Virus record (IMG/VR): IMGVR_UViG_3300027759_000080
Span: 3,874-67,873 of that record
DNA: 64,000 nucleotides
Strand: one strand, 5' to 3'
Source: a virus
Below the pieces are notes generated by a model that made no database searches, was not told the DNA's origin, and was given only the letters and a program-made list of their open reading frames with translations. The translations under genes were made by a program, and so were the position numbers. This document shows positions 48,957 through 59,703 of the stretch, one piece after another (positions within the stretch are counted from its first letter, which is position 1; every line of letters starts with the position of its first letter).

Positions 48957-49037
48957 AAGTCAAGGGATGTAGTGTTTAATGGCAGCACGCTGTTCTCGGA
49001 CAGAAGATGGAATTCGATTTTCTGCTCCCTATGACTT
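48957..49037 (+). ncRNA. Degenerate tRNA-like element
   Basis: D arm GTGT-TTAATGGCA-GCAC, T loop TTCGATT, acceptor AGGGA/TCCCT; shortened anticodon loop; no CCA. Confidence 0.55.
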
Positions 49038-49076
49038 TTGTCATTTGCTAATTAAAATAAAATAAGAATAAAAAAC

Positions 49077-52000
49077 ATGGCGTGTTTCGTAACATATAAA
49101 GGAAAGAGATATAGTGAGGCTGAATTCTTCGCATTGCTTTCAGCAGGTGAGTATGACAAACTAGTAGCTGACGGAAGTTTTGTTCCTAAAAAGATAACTT
49201 TGTCTACAGATGCACCTGCTCCAACAGGAGGCAAGATGAAAGAAAGAAGCCTTACAAAACAATTCTTAAAGGACAATCCTTCTTTACAAATGTCAGAAGG
49301 GGCTATAAATTACGAAGAGATATCTAATAAAAGCACTGTAAAAGAAGTAATAAATCTTATTGACGAAATGGGTTTAGATGCTGCTATATACGCTGTTAAT
49401 GATTTTAAGAACGGAATGAATCTTAGGATTAGATTTACCATGGCACAGATAGCAATAAAGAAGCTTTCTGCTGAGGGAAGATTAGACGAGGCTAGTGATT
49501 TAAGAGAAAACTTAGTAGTTGCAGCTACAGAGGCTGGACAAGGCGTACAGGCATTTGCGATGTTTCCTGCACTTACGCCTGAAGGCGAACTAAGAAAGAT
49601 GTTAAAGATGATTAACAACATTAACAAGAAGAGAGAGGAAAAAGACAAGAAGCTAAAGAAGATAAAAGAAAAGTTTAAAGAAGCTAACGAAGATGCTATA
49701 AACGAGGCTGTTGAAAACTTAGGAGGTAAGCCTTCTGAAAAAAGAAAGAAAGCAGCAAGAACATATGCTGACTACGGTACTAAGAATAAGGTAATTACAA
49801 AAGAAAAGTACGAGGAGATGAAAAAAGCCCTTGCTAATAAATCTTTTGGATTAGTATTGCCTGTTCAATTAATTCCTGTTGGTGTATATCATTTAGAGGC
49901 TGGCTCAAGAAAGTTTAAAGAATTTAGCGAGGCACTTATAGAAGATTTTGGCGACAAGGTAAAACCATATTTAGCTGACCTTTATAAGAAAGCAGCAAAA
50001 GAATTAGATATTCCTGCATCGGAAATAGATAGTGAAGCAACTATCTTACAGGAGAACAAAGACAGAAGGGCTAGAGAAGCTAAGAAAAGTGTAAAAGGAG
50101 CTCTTAAAGACTTGAATAAATCTATTTCAGATATAGCTATAAAGCATTACACAGAAATAGAATCTACTAAAAAATCTTTAGTTGATAAGATAATGGAAGG
50201 TACAGATTTAACTGAAAATGAGGCTAAAGAATATGCTAAAGCTATAGAAGAAGAATTTGAAAGATTAGTTACAGAAAAGAAAAAGAAAATACTAGACACA
50301 GTATTTAATCCAAGAGAAAGAAAAAAACCTGCGCTAAAAAACTTAGAATCAGACTTATTAAAATTAACAAATTTAGGAGCTTTTAAAGAAGAGGCTTTAG
50401 TAGAAGCATATGCTAAAAATATGGGATGGAAAAAGCTTTCTAAAGAAGAAATTGCAGAAATAGAAAGATTGGCATCTGTAGTAGAAGAAACCTCAGAAGG
50501 GATAAAAAGAGCTCAGGCTGTTGAGGATTTATTAGGATACGAGGCTAAGATAAAAGGCATTTCATTTATGGATATTTTAACATCTATATGGTATGCAAAT
50601 GTTTTGTCTGGATTTACAACTCAGTTAGTTAACGTAGTAGCCAACGCAACACAATTACTATTCTCTCTTGCGGAAACTACAATAAGAAACCCTAAAACAG
50701 GAATATTTGCGGCTAGGGGTATTATAGACGGTTTCAATAAAGGATTACTAGAAGCTGGCAGTTCTTTAAAGACTGGCTATAATCCAATCAGAGGAAGAGT
50801 AGAAATACCTTCTACCTTAGAACTTGTAACTTTTAAGGGAGGTAAATACAATCCATACAACTACCATAAGTATGTAAGAAGACTAATGGTAGCTTCAGAT
50901 GTTATTATGTTTGAGGCTCAAAAGGAAATGAGAGCTTATCAGTGGGCTAGAATGTTAGCCGCCAAGGAAAACAAGTTAGACCCTACTGTAAGAATTAAGC
51001 AAAGAGCTCTAGATATATTACACGCAAATGATAATACTATTCCAGAAGCTAAAAAAACAGCGGCAATAGAAGCTCAAACAGAAATAAATGCATTAAATAG
51101 TCAAAACTTATCTAGTTCTGAAAAAGCAAAGAAAATAAAGAATATAAGAATAAATGAAAAAAGAAGAGTCTTTGAATTAGTTCAAGAAAGCAGGGGTTCT
51201 GAAATATTAGACGAATCAAACGCTTATGCCGCTTGGAATACTTTTAATCATCCTGCTTCAGGTTTATTGGGATGGGGTACTGAGTTAATAAACAAAGGAA
51301 TAGGTAAAAACGAAAAAACAAAATTAGGTAGATTTATAATTCCTTTTACAAACGTAATAGCAAACGTGGCTAACATGGGAATAAATTATACTCCATGGGG
51401 ATACCTAAGAGTTGCCAAGTTAACTATAGGTGGTAAAGAAATATTAAAAGGAGAAGGCTCTGTATTTGATAATCCTAGAAAAGAATGGGATTCTATGTCT
51501 GATATGCAAAAAGAACAGTACAGAGTAGAAATAATGACAAAAGCTACAGTTGGATTAGCATTGTCCGCAGCTTTATTAATGCTTACAATAAAAGGTGATG
51601 ACGATGATGAGCCTTTATTAGAAGTGACAGCAAATGCTACTGGAGACTGGAAAAAAAATGAACCGCTTAAAAAAGATGGATGGCAGCCATATTCATTTAG
51701 AGTTTACAATAAGAAAACTAAAGAATATGGTGATTGGATTTCTTATCAGTACAGTCCTATGTTAGTAATGTTTAGTCTTATTGGAAATCTTGGAGATTAC
51801 GATAGATATAGAAAAGAAAAAAATGACGATTCACTTATAAATAGAATGACTTTTGCTATTATTAACGCTTCGAGAACATTTTTAGACGGAACTTTCTTAG
51901 TATCTTTAAATTCTACTCTTAAAGCTTTAACAGAAACCAAGGTAGATAGAGTTGCGGACGATTATATCAAATCTTTATTTAAAACCACTAAAGGATTTGT

Positions 52001-52805
52001 TTTGCCTGCTCTTGTAACTCAAACATCAAGAGAAGTTCAAAAAGCGTTTGATATTCCAGAAAAAAATGCTGGAAATAGTTTGTTAGCAGAAATAATAAAA
52101 GATATTCCTGTTGCTAGAAATATGCTAAACGATAAGTTAAATATATGGGGACAAAGGTCTATTGCAGATACGGATAAATTTACTTCTAAATCTGAAGACA
52201 CCGACTTAACCACAACACTTAAAAATAAAAAAGTATTTTTAGAAGAACCAAATATTAAGAAAACAAATATTATAGATATAGAAAATGGTAAGTTTAGAGC
52301 AATAACTAATGATGAATTCTTTAATTATGCAGAGGAAAGAGGTAAATACTTATACGAAACTTTAACAGATAGACTTGAAGACATCAAAGAAATGTCAAAT
52401 GAGGATGCTCAAAAAGAAGTAAGCTCTATTGTTTCAGATGCGTCAAAATTAGCTGAAGCTAAAGTTTCTTTGCCAAAAGACAGTTACGAAATGATTAAGC
52501 TAGAAATGGATATCAAAAACATAGGAGATAATCAAAAAGCAAAAGAAAAAATGCTTTACAAACAAGCTATGGAATCCGCTTTAAATATAACTCCCGAGTA
52601 CAAAAAAGAAATAGAAGATATTAAAAATGATAATGTTAGTCAAATATCTAGATACATAGTTTCTAAATCTGAAAATGACATAAATATGCAAGAGATTATA
52701 AAATTATTACAATTAGGTAAGGTTAGCGAGGATAATATGTCAAAAGTAGTAATAGCCGCATCTCAATTATTAAAAGAAAGAGCAGTAAAACCAACAATAA
52801 AATAA
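49077..52805 (+). CDS. Large putative ejected virion protein
   Basis: 1242 aa, helical; 'PF..V.AN', 'GWQPYS' motifs. Confidence 0.6.
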   Translation: MACFVTYKGKRYSEAEFFALLSAGEYDKLVADGSFVPKKITLSTDAPAPTGGKMKERSLTKQFLKDNPSLQMSEGAINYEEISNKSTVKEVINLIDEMGLDAAIYAVNDFKNGMNLRIRFTMAQIAIKKLSAEGRLDEASDLRENLVVAATEAGQGVQAFAMFPALTPEGELRKMLKMINNINKKREEKDKKLKKIKEKFKEANEDAINEAVENLGGKPSEKRKKAARTYADYGTKNKVITKEKYEEMKKALANKSFGLVLPVQLIPVGVYHLEAGSRKFKEFSEALIEDFGDKVKPYLADLYKKAAKELDIPASEIDSEATILQENKDRRAREAKKSVKGALKDLNKSISDIAIKHYTEIESTKKSLVDKIMEGTDLTENEAKEYAKAIEEEFERLVTEKKKKILDTVFNPRERKKPALKNLESDLLKLTNLGAFKEEALVEAYAKNMGWKKLSKEEIAEIERLASVVEETSEGIKRAQAVEDLLGYEAKIKGISFMDILTSIWYANVLSGFTTQLVNVVANATQLLFSLAETTIRNPKTGIFAARGIIDGFNKGLLEAGSSLKTGYNPIRGRVEIPSTLELVTFKGGKYNPYNYHKYVRRLMVASDVIMFEAQKEMRAYQWARMLAAKENKLDPTVRIKQRALDILHANDNTIPEAKKTAAIEAQTEINALNSQNLSSSEKAKKIKNIRINEKRRVFELVQESRGSEILDESNAYAAWNTFNHPASGLLGWGTELINKGIGKNEKTKLGRFIIPFTNVIANVANMGINYTPWGYLRVAKLTIGGKEILKGEGSVFDNPRKEWDSMSDMQKEQYRVEIMTKATVGLALSAALLMLTIKGDDDDEPLLEVTANATGDWKKNEPLKKDGWQPYSFRVYNKKTKEYGDWISYQYSPMLVMFSLIGNLGDYDRYRKEKNDDSLINRMTFAIINASRTFLDGTFLVSLNSTLKALTETKVDRVADDYIKSLFKTTKGFVLPALVTQTSREVQKAFDIPEKNAGNSLLAEIIKDIPVARNMLNDKLNIWGQRSIADTDKFTSKSEDTDLTTTLKNKKVFLEEPNIKKTNIIDIENGKFRAITNDEFFNYAEERGKYLYETLTDRLEDIKEMSNEDAQKEVSSIVSDASKLAEAKVSLPKDSYEMIKLEMDIKNIGDNQKAKEKMLYKQAMESALNITPEYKKEIEDIKNDNVSQISRYIVSKSENDINMQEIIKLLQLGKVSEDNMSKVVIAASQLLKERAVKPTIK

Positions 52806-52823
52806 ATAAACTATATTTGCACT

Positions 52824-53744
52824 ATGAGCCTTTTACCAACAAATAACCTTGAGATTGTAGACCATTTCGGGGAGATAATTAACTTTACTGACACTACTGG
52901 CAGCTATGCCATAAGTAATACTGATGGATACGGAAGTCCGAACCTAACATACGCACAGGTTGGCGGAATAAATTTACTAATAGGAAACTATGTAAATATA
53001 ACTCCTTCAGCACTAGGTGCTGGAGCTGCTTTAGTACCTTACACTCAATATATTAAAACTAGCGGAGCTTCAAGAACCTACGATGGTAAAATATTAACAG
53101 TAGGCAACTACCTTGTCCCTCATACAACAGGATTAGTAGTGGCAGCTGGAGATACATTTCAAACAACAGGATATTATAATCCGCTAATAACTCCATTAAG
53201 ATGGTTACCAACAGCAGCAGGAACTCCTTTATACTTAAGCACACAAGACTTAGGCTATACCACACTTGGTATTATACCTGATAGCATACTAACTTTACAG
53301 TACGAGGTTTATGGAATTGTAAACACATCATCACCATTTTCAGCAGTATTAGGCACTAAGTACTTAGTTACTGGTACTGGAAATGTTACATACTTAGGAA
53401 ATACCTACAGACAAGGCGAAGTTTTTACAGCATCAGGAACAACATCAGTAGCGATAGTTGCTGGAACTGGAACTTTTGGAGTTGCACCTTATAATAGCGG
53501 AGCAGTAAGTAACTTTCAAACTATTTATAACCTAGAGACTAGTCTAGTAGAGTTGCAAACATCAAACATTTTAAGCCCTAAAACTCAAAGTAGAGAGTAT
53601 AACTATCAAGTAGCCACCATATTTACAAACATATATACTATGCAGAATGCTGCAAACATAGGTTTAGTAAGTCTAGGTCAGGCGTATAATAATATTGTAA
53701 GTTTACAGCAAGAAGTTGATAATTTAACCAACAATATTTACTAA
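52824..53744 (+). CDS. Structural (tail hub-like) protein
   Basis: 'FTDTTGSY...GYG'; paralog of 55309-56166; promoter TATATTTG at 52812. Confidence 0.55.
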   Translation: MSLLPTNNLEIVDHFGEIINFTDTTGSYAISNTDGYGSPNLTYAQVGGINLLIGNYVNITPSALGAGAALVPYTQYIKTSGASRTYDGKILTVGNYLVPHTTGLVVAAGDTFQTTGYYNPLITPLRWLPTAAGTPLYLSTQDLGYTTLGIIPDSILTLQYEVYGIVNTSSPFSAVLGTKYLVTGTGNVTYLGNTYRQGEVFTASGTTSVAIVAGTGTFGVAPYNSGAVSNFQTIYNLETSLVELQTSNILSPKTQSREYNYQVATIFTNIYTMQNAANIGLVSLGQAYNNIVSLQQEVDNLTNNIY

Positions 53745-53998
53745 TGGATTACAACAAACTAATATATCAATTAAGACTAGAGCAGGTTCGTTGTACACAA
53801 TTAGGATTACCATTTGACGTAAGCGATGATACTATTATATACTTGAGTAATCTTATTCACAGCTATAATTTTGTTGGAATTACTGATAGTCAGAGGATAA
53901 TAATAAGAAACGAGATTAATAGTATAGTACAAGACACTAGCTACTACACCTCTTTCACTCAAGGACTATTTAATGGTTACTATAATTCACAAGTTTAA
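53744..53998 (+). CDS. Small structural protein, hypothetical
   Basis: 84 aa coupled ORF. Confidence 0.55.
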   Translation: MDYNKLIYQLRLEQVRCTQLGLPFDVSDDTIIYLSNLIHSYNFVGITDSQRIIIRNEINSIVQDTSYYTSFTQGLFNGYYNSQV

Positions 53999-54055
53999 AC
54001 TTTGTAAATTACAAAGGAAAAGACTAATTTTGCAATAGAATAATAATAATAATAA

Positions 54056-55306
54056 ATGTCAATACAGTTATCAAGAGCCAACTCAGGAACACCATTAACC
54101 ACAGCAGATTACAATAGCGATAATCTAATAGTGGAGACTGCTGTTAATGCATTACAAAGCGCATCTAGCAGTGGGGGAACAGTTACTGTTGTTTCTGAGG
54201 TAGATACAGACGTTGCTGAATTATTTAGTGCAAGTGTATCTAATCCAACTACAACACCAGAAATAACATTCTCAAGAATAAGTAAAGCAGCTAATCTCGT
54301 ATATGCCTCTCCAGATGGAGCTTCAGGCAAACCTACAATGAGAGCTTTGGTATCAGGAGATTTGCCAGTAGTTCCTAATTCAAAAGGAGGTACAGGAATA
54401 ACTGATATTATGCCTAATAATCAAGTTTTAAGTAAAAGAAGCGGCACAGTAAAGTATACAGGGATAATAGCAACAGGCGCAAGCAGAATAGTTGTAACAC
54501 CAACAACTGACAACTTTGAAATAGATATAGTTCCAGCAAACATAGAAATAAACACACTTGCGTCAACTACTCCTTTGACAATAGCTAAAGGGGGGACTAA
54601 TGCAACTGATAGACAGGCGGCAATTAATTCTTTAACAAGTACAGGAACAAATGGTCAAGTGTTTACGTTGGTTAGTGGCAACGGAACTTGGGCTAACGCT
54701 TCAACTGGAATTGTAACATTAAATGGATTAACAGGAGCTACAGTAACTATAGGTGCTGACAATATTGTAGCAGGGGCTACTAACAAATGGAACGCTACTC
54801 ACACAGGAGATGTTTTAGGCAGCGAAGCTTTAACCATAGCTGCAAATGCAGTTACTTATGCTAAAATGCAGGCAATAAGTGCTACAAAAAAAATATTAGG
54901 AAGAATTACAGCAGGTGCAGGTAATACAGAAGAAATAGCAATTAGTGGTAACTTAGCAATGAGTGCTACTGATTTAATTGTTAGAACCTCTAAAATAAAG
55001 ACAGTTACGGCAGATTATCCAGTTCCAATAACAGAAGGAACTATTTTAGTAAACGCCTCTGGCAAAACAATAACATTACCTGATACTTCTACTGTATCAG
55101 TTGGGAATGAATTTATAATTACAAACGCATCGGCAGGAGCAAGCACTTTAATACTTCCATTTAATGCTACTAATGAAAGAATAAACAGTGCAACTAGTTA
55201 TACTATTACTGCGGCATACGACTCTATCACTCTTAAATATGGCGGACAAAATACAATTACAGGTTTTTATCATTGGTACATAATATCTAAAATAGCAACT
55301 CCATAA
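54056..55306 (+). CDS. Tail fibre-like protein
   Basis: 'GTVT.V', 'P.MRALV..DLP', 'KGGT', 'NAVTYAKMQ', 'TITLP'. Confidence 0.65.
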   Translation: MSIQLSRANSGTPLTTADYNSDNLIVETAVNALQSASSSGGTVTVVSEVDTDVAELFSASVSNPTTTPEITFSRISKAANLVYASPDGASGKPTMRALVSGDLPVVPNSKGGTGITDIMPNNQVLSKRSGTVKYTGIIATGASRIVVTPTTDNFEIDIVPANIEINTLASTTPLTIAKGGTNATDRQAAINSLTSTGTNGQVFTLVSGNGTWANASTGIVTLNGLTGATVTIGADNIVAGATNKWNATHTGDVLGSEALTIAANAVTYAKMQAISATKKILGRITAGAGNTEEIAISGNLAMSATDLIVRTSKIKTVTADYPVPITEGTILVNASGKTITLPDTSTVSVGNEFIITNASAGASTLILPFNATNERINSATSYTITAAYDSITLKYGGQNTITGFYHWYIISKIATP

Positions 55307-55308
55307 TT

Positions 55309-56166
55309 ATGGCAACAGATATAATTATCTCAACAGACAATAGTACAAATACCACCTTAGGTATATACGATAGTACTGACTACACTGGACTAGGAATTAA
55401 TATTTCTGATGTCAAGGCAGTTAGGTTCTTATTCTCTACTTACAATAGTGTGCTAAAATCTGGTATAGTTGGAGCGTTAATAGCTAATAATGAATATATT
55501 GTAATAACAGGAACTCTTACCTTAGAAGGTGTTAGCTATAATTCAGGAGATGTATTTGTAGCGCACTCAAATTATACCATACCAACAACCGCAGGTTTAC
55601 TAGTAAGCTCTACAGGTTACTACAGCACATATAATACACTAATACCAAGCACAATAACTAATTATAATTTTTACCCTTCTGATTTAAACGAGAACTCTAC
55701 AACATTTGCAGACTCGGCAAGAACTGTTAATTACGAAATTTATACGACAGAAAGTGCAGCCGCAGCAGGAACAATAGCAGCAGGTACTTATATTGTAAAA
55801 GGAACTCCAAACGCTTTTATTACAGTAGCAGGAGGAAAGTATTATGTAGGTCAAGTGTTTACTAAATCAACTTCTTTTACATTCTCAGGAACTCCTACCG
55901 TAGTAAGAAGCTTTGATGAAAACTCTTTTGATTTTTGGACTAATGCAGCATCTAGTGTTATATACCAAAGCTATGTTAATAGTTTGTCAAACAGCACGCT
56001 AAACGCAAGCGAAGACTTTAAGGATAACTTTATAAGAACCAATACTTTATACTCTTTGCCTTATGTACAGAGTGCGACTAGCATTGCTTATGACTTTAGT
56101 TCAGTACAATCATCACTTGATATTATTGTTAACTACTTAGGAACTAAAAACAAAAATGTAAAATAA
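55309..56166 (+). CDS. Structural protein, paralog of 52824-53744
   Basis: Shared 'D.T.Y', 'TGYY', 'YE.Y', 'G.VFT'. Confidence 0.55.
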   Translation: MATDIIISTDNSTNTTLGIYDSTDYTGLGINISDVKAVRFLFSTYNSVLKSGIVGALIANNEYIVITGTLTLEGVSYNSGDVFVAHSNYTIPTTAGLLVSSTGYYSTYNTLIPSTITNYNFYPSDLNENSTTFADSARTVNYEIYTTESAAAAGTIAAGTYIVKGTPNAFITVAGGKYYVGQVFTKSTSFTFSGTPTVVRSFDENSFDFWTNAASSVIYQSYVNSLSNSTLNASEDFKDNFIRTNTLYSLPYVQSATSIAYDFSSVQSSLDIIVNYLGTKNKNVK

Positions 56167-56181
56167 TAAATAAATAATAAA

Positions 56182-56418
56182 ATGTTAAGACCTAATTTCA
56201 ATTCAATGTTCACAAGAAGCTGTAAGAAGATATCTGACAAACAGATTTCTAATATTGCAGACTTCAAGAAAGGAAGAACAACACTAATGGGCTCTCAGTT
56301 TGTTAATTACAATTCTTTTGTAACAACTCAAACTCAAGATAACTTAATGAATGGAAATACAGATACTAACAGCATGAATATTAACTTAGACTACTTACTA
56401 CAAAAATGGGACTACTAA
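56182..56418 (+). CDS. Hypothetical protein
   Basis: 78 aa ORF. Confidence 0.5.
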   Translation: MLRPNFNSMFTRSCKKISDKQISNIADFKKGRTTLMGSQFVNYNSFVTTQTQDNLMNGNTDTNSMNINLDYLLQKWDY

Positions 56419-57206
56419 CACCAATAAACACAAACATAATTACAAGCTTAATTAACTATCTTAAAAACACAGTTATTACTATAAATATAGCAACTCAAGC
56501 AGAAGCAGAATCAGCAGCTAGCGGAGTTCTTGCTAGTATTGACAATACAAAAATAATAACCCCTAAAGGATGGAGATATGCATGGAATAAAGCTTTAACT
56601 TTAGCATGGACATTTATTAGTAAAATAACTTTTACAAGCGGAATAAATGTTGCAGCAGCATCTATTCCAGCCTCGCCAATACAAGGAGATATTTATTATA
56701 GTAATGATGGAGCGTTGGGTTCTGGATATTATGTAAGTAGTGAAGATTATACCAATGCTAAAATTATTACAACTTTTAATCAAGCAACAGAATTACTAAA
56801 AGGAATAGCAGAAATAGCAACACAAGCAGAAGTTACAACAGGAACAGATGACACAAGATTTGTTACTCCTTTAAAATTAAAAACAAATCAATTTAATACC
56901 GCTAGCGTTACTGCGGTTATTGCAACTCCATACGCTGTTACACTAAATAGTATTGCAGGCAATATTGTTATTCCAGCAGGTATTGGGTGTAATATAGTAT
57001 CTGGTACTTCTCAGGTAATTACACTAAATAACAACAAATTAACAACAACGTCTGTTATTGAATACACTGTTAGAGGTTACGGAAAGTCTATATTACAAGG
57101 AGGATACAATGTAACTACTAATCAGGCTCAAATAAGTTTATTTAACGCAGACGTTAGTGCGGTTACGCAGCTTGATATTTATTTTAAAATATTAAATACT
57201 TTATAA
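56406..57206 (+). CDS. Tail fibre-like protein with ATQAE repeats
   Basis: 'IATQAE...ITPK' and 'IATQAEV..GTDD.RFVTP'. Confidence 0.65.
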   Translation: MGLLTPINTNIITSLINYLKNTVITINIATQAEAESAASGVLASIDNTKIITPKGWRYAWNKALTLAWTFISKITFTSGINVAAASIPASPIQGDIYYSNDGALGSGYYVSSEDYTNAKIITTFNQATELLKGIAEIATQAEVTTGTDDTRFVTPLKLKTNQFNTASVTAVIATPYAVTLNSIAGNIVIPAGIGCNIVSGTSQVITLNNNKLTTTSVIEYTVRGYGKSILQGGYNVTTNQAQISLFNADVSAVTQLDIYFKILNTL

Positions 57207-57267
57207 CAAACTAACAAAAATCATTTTTAGCGTGAAGAACTGAAAATGAATATAAATAAAAACACAT

Positions 57268-57660
57268 ATGGCACTAACAGAAAAGGAAAGTAAAGAACTG
57301 TCCAAGTTATCTATGGACTTACAGATTAAGATAAAGGAGTGGAGTAAACTTTTTGACACAGTTAAGAAGAGTCATTCCTTAAGTACCTACCTAACCATCT
57401 TTAGACAAAGAAAGTCTTGGCAGGATGAGATAGACGAATCTCCATTCACTATCAGAGCTCAGAACGAAGATGAGGATGCAAGAGCACAGTCCGAGACAGC
57501 AATGAAGATAATTAAGTTACTACCTGACTTAGATAGCGACTTAGAAAAGCTATACATCAAGATGACTACTGATGAGAAAACAGAAGTAGAAAGAGTAAAG
57601 GCAGGAGAGGCAGAAAACATTTTAGCTAAACACTTAGAAGCTAATGGCAAAAAAGCATAG
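57268..57660 (+). CDS. Possible terminase small subunit
   Basis: Helical 130 aa overlapping terL start; positional only. Confidence 0.4.
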   Translation: MALTEKESKELSKLSMDLQIKIKEWSKLFDTVKKSHSLSTYLTIFRQRKSWQDEIDESPFTIRAQNEDEDARAQSETAMKIIKLLPDLDSDLEKLYIKMTTDEKTEVERVKAGEAENILAKHLEANGKKA

Positions 57661-59659
57661 TATAGAGTTATTTGGAACAAGTGGAGAGCCTGATGATAAT
57701 GGGAATATAAAAAACTTATTCTACGAGTGTCCAGAACCATTTGAACCTGTATATAATAAAGACTTACCAAAGAAACAACAAAAGTGGGAAAGACCTAAAG
57801 ACCCAAACTTTAGTCACATGACTGTTGAGGAAAAGCAGAATTATCAGCTAAAAGAATTATTTAGACTAGAGAACGGTTATCATTTTTATAACAACGGTGA
57901 GTTAGTTTATATTACTGGTTCTCATTACGGATTCTTAAAGCACTGGGATTTAGGAGGAGGAGTTTACCCTAACTACAGATGGGCTCACGCTCAAATGGCT
58001 CTAATGCAAGACCTTTGCAAAAAGGATAACAACTGTTATGGACTAGTTGCCTACACACAAAAGCGTTACGGTAAGTCGGAAATGATTCCTTCACGAATGT
58101 TATTCGATAGTTTACTAAGACCAAAGGCTAGTTACTTTTTACAGGCTACAAAAGATGATAAGGCTCAGGCTTTGTTTCAAAGAACATTAAATGCATTCCT
58201 ATCATTAAACAATTCACTTCCATATATTTATCAGCACACTTACAAGAACGATAGTATATTCTTTAAACAGAATCAAACTATTAAAAGAAGTTCAGACAAG
58301 GTTACATTTAAAGACGGTAACTTTACAAGGATAGAAGCACTACCCAGTAAGATAACAAGTATACAGGGGGAGAGAGTAACAGAGTTTTTCTTAGATGAGT
58401 TTGCTAGTCAGGAACTTATGGATATGGAACAGTTATTTGGAACGCTAATAGCACAGTGCACCGAGGGAACTAGAGACATTATAGGTAAGATTTGGTTAGT
58501 GTCAACTGTTGAGAACGGCACAGCCAAGGCAGTTCCATTTAGCAAAGAGCTATGGTACGACAGTAATCCTTTTGAAAGAGATTTAAACGGCAGGACAAAA
58601 AGCGGACTGTATAGGATGTTAATTCCTTATTATAAATCTGACCCTTCTTTTATTGACGAATATGGAAACCCTAAAGAAGAAGAAGCTATACAGTTCTTTA
58701 CCAATATGTGTGCTGGAGCAAGTGACTCAAAAAAGGCATTGCTAAAGAGACAGTTTCCTGAGAAGATAGACGATATCTTTGATGTAAATAGAGGCGGAGG
58801 ATTAGAAATAGATGTAATTGAGATACTTAGACAAAGAGAGAAGCAACTTAAGGGAACTCCTCAGCCAATGTATAAAATTCTCAAGAACTCAGCTACTAAA
58901 GAAGTTGATGTAACGCCAATGGCTAAAGGAGAAAATGAAAATGAGCTAGCTGTACAAATATTTGAGCATCCACAGGAACACCACTTATATCGTGCAGGTC
59001 TAGATGCTACTAGTACGGATACTAACAGTACAAATAAGAATAACGATGGCTCTGAAAAGGGAAAGGCTAAGTCTAGGTATTCGCTAGTAATACAAAGAAT
59101 AACAGGAGCTAATCAATATATAGACGTTGCCAATATTTTTATACGTCCAGACAAAAGAGCCATGGTAGAGAAGGCTGCACTATGGCTATGTATGTATTAT
59201 AATAAGTTTGGTGGTCTTAGAGCCTACCCTGAAAGGAATGCAAGTGCTGGTAGTACCATATCAGATTTATTTGAGACCGAGGGTCAGCAAAGATTATTGA
59301 TTCGTCAGTTAACAAAACACAATACAGAGAAGCTACTAGAAAAATCTACTAATGCGTATGGTATATACATAGATGGAAACAACAAAGTATACAGAACATC
59401 CGTAATGAATAAGTACTTAAGATTGTACGGACATCAAATCAACTCACTGAGACTAGTTCAGGATTTATTAATCTATGGTTCAGCCAACTCGGATTTGAGT
59501 GATGCTTACGGAGTGTGTTGTATGGCGTGTGGAAACTTTGACCCAGAGACTAGACAAGAACTAAAAGAGAAGCCTAAAAGAAAAACTATACTAAGTAAAA
59601 TAGAAAATGGTGTAACTATTTGGTACGAACTAGAAAGCGGTAAACCTATAGAAGCCTAA
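57644..59659 (+). CDS. terL: Terminase large subunit
   Basis: 'YITGSHY', Walker A-like KRYGKS, Walker B FFLDE, 'TKSGLYR', nuclease AGLD...DLSDA. Confidence 0.88.
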   Translation: MAKKHSIELFGTSGEPDDNGNIKNLFYECPEPFEPVYNKDLPKKQQKWERPKDPNFSHMTVEEKQNYQLKELFRLENGYHFYNNGELVYITGSHYGFLKHWDLGGGVYPNYRWAHAQMALMQDLCKKDNNCYGLVAYTQKRYGKSEMIPSRMLFDSLLRPKASYFLQATKDDKAQALFQRTLNAFLSLNNSLPYIYQHTYKNDSIFFKQNQTIKRSSDKVTFKDGNFTRIEALPSKITSIQGERVTEFFLDEFASQELMDMEQLFGTLIAQCTEGTRDIIGKIWLVSTVENGTAKAVPFSKELWYDSNPFERDLNGRTKSGLYRMLIPYYKSDPSFIDEYGNPKEEEAIQFFTNMCAGASDSKKALLKRQFPEKIDDIFDVNRGGGLEIDVIEILRQREKQLKGTPQPMYKILKNSATKEVDVTPMAKGENENELAVQIFEHPQEHHLYRAGLDATSTDTNSTNKNNDGSEKGKAKSRYSLVIQRITGANQYIDVANIFIRPDKRAMVEKAALWLCMYYNKFGGLRAYPERNASAGSTISDLFETEGQQRLLIRQLTKHNTEKLLEKSTNAYGIYIDGNNKVYRTSVMNKYLRLYGHQINSLRLVQDLLIYGSANSDLSDAYGVCCMACGNFDPETRQELKEKPKRKTILSKIENGVTIWYELESGKPIEA

Positions 59660-59703
59660 AAAAATTTTGTAATTCATTTAAATATGTTAATTTTGTAGTA
59701 TAT

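Noticed and set aside
39717-52805. Virion RNA polymerase in the giant ORFs
   Set aside because: No credible DxDxD catalytic motif seen; GDDDDE is a low-complexity run
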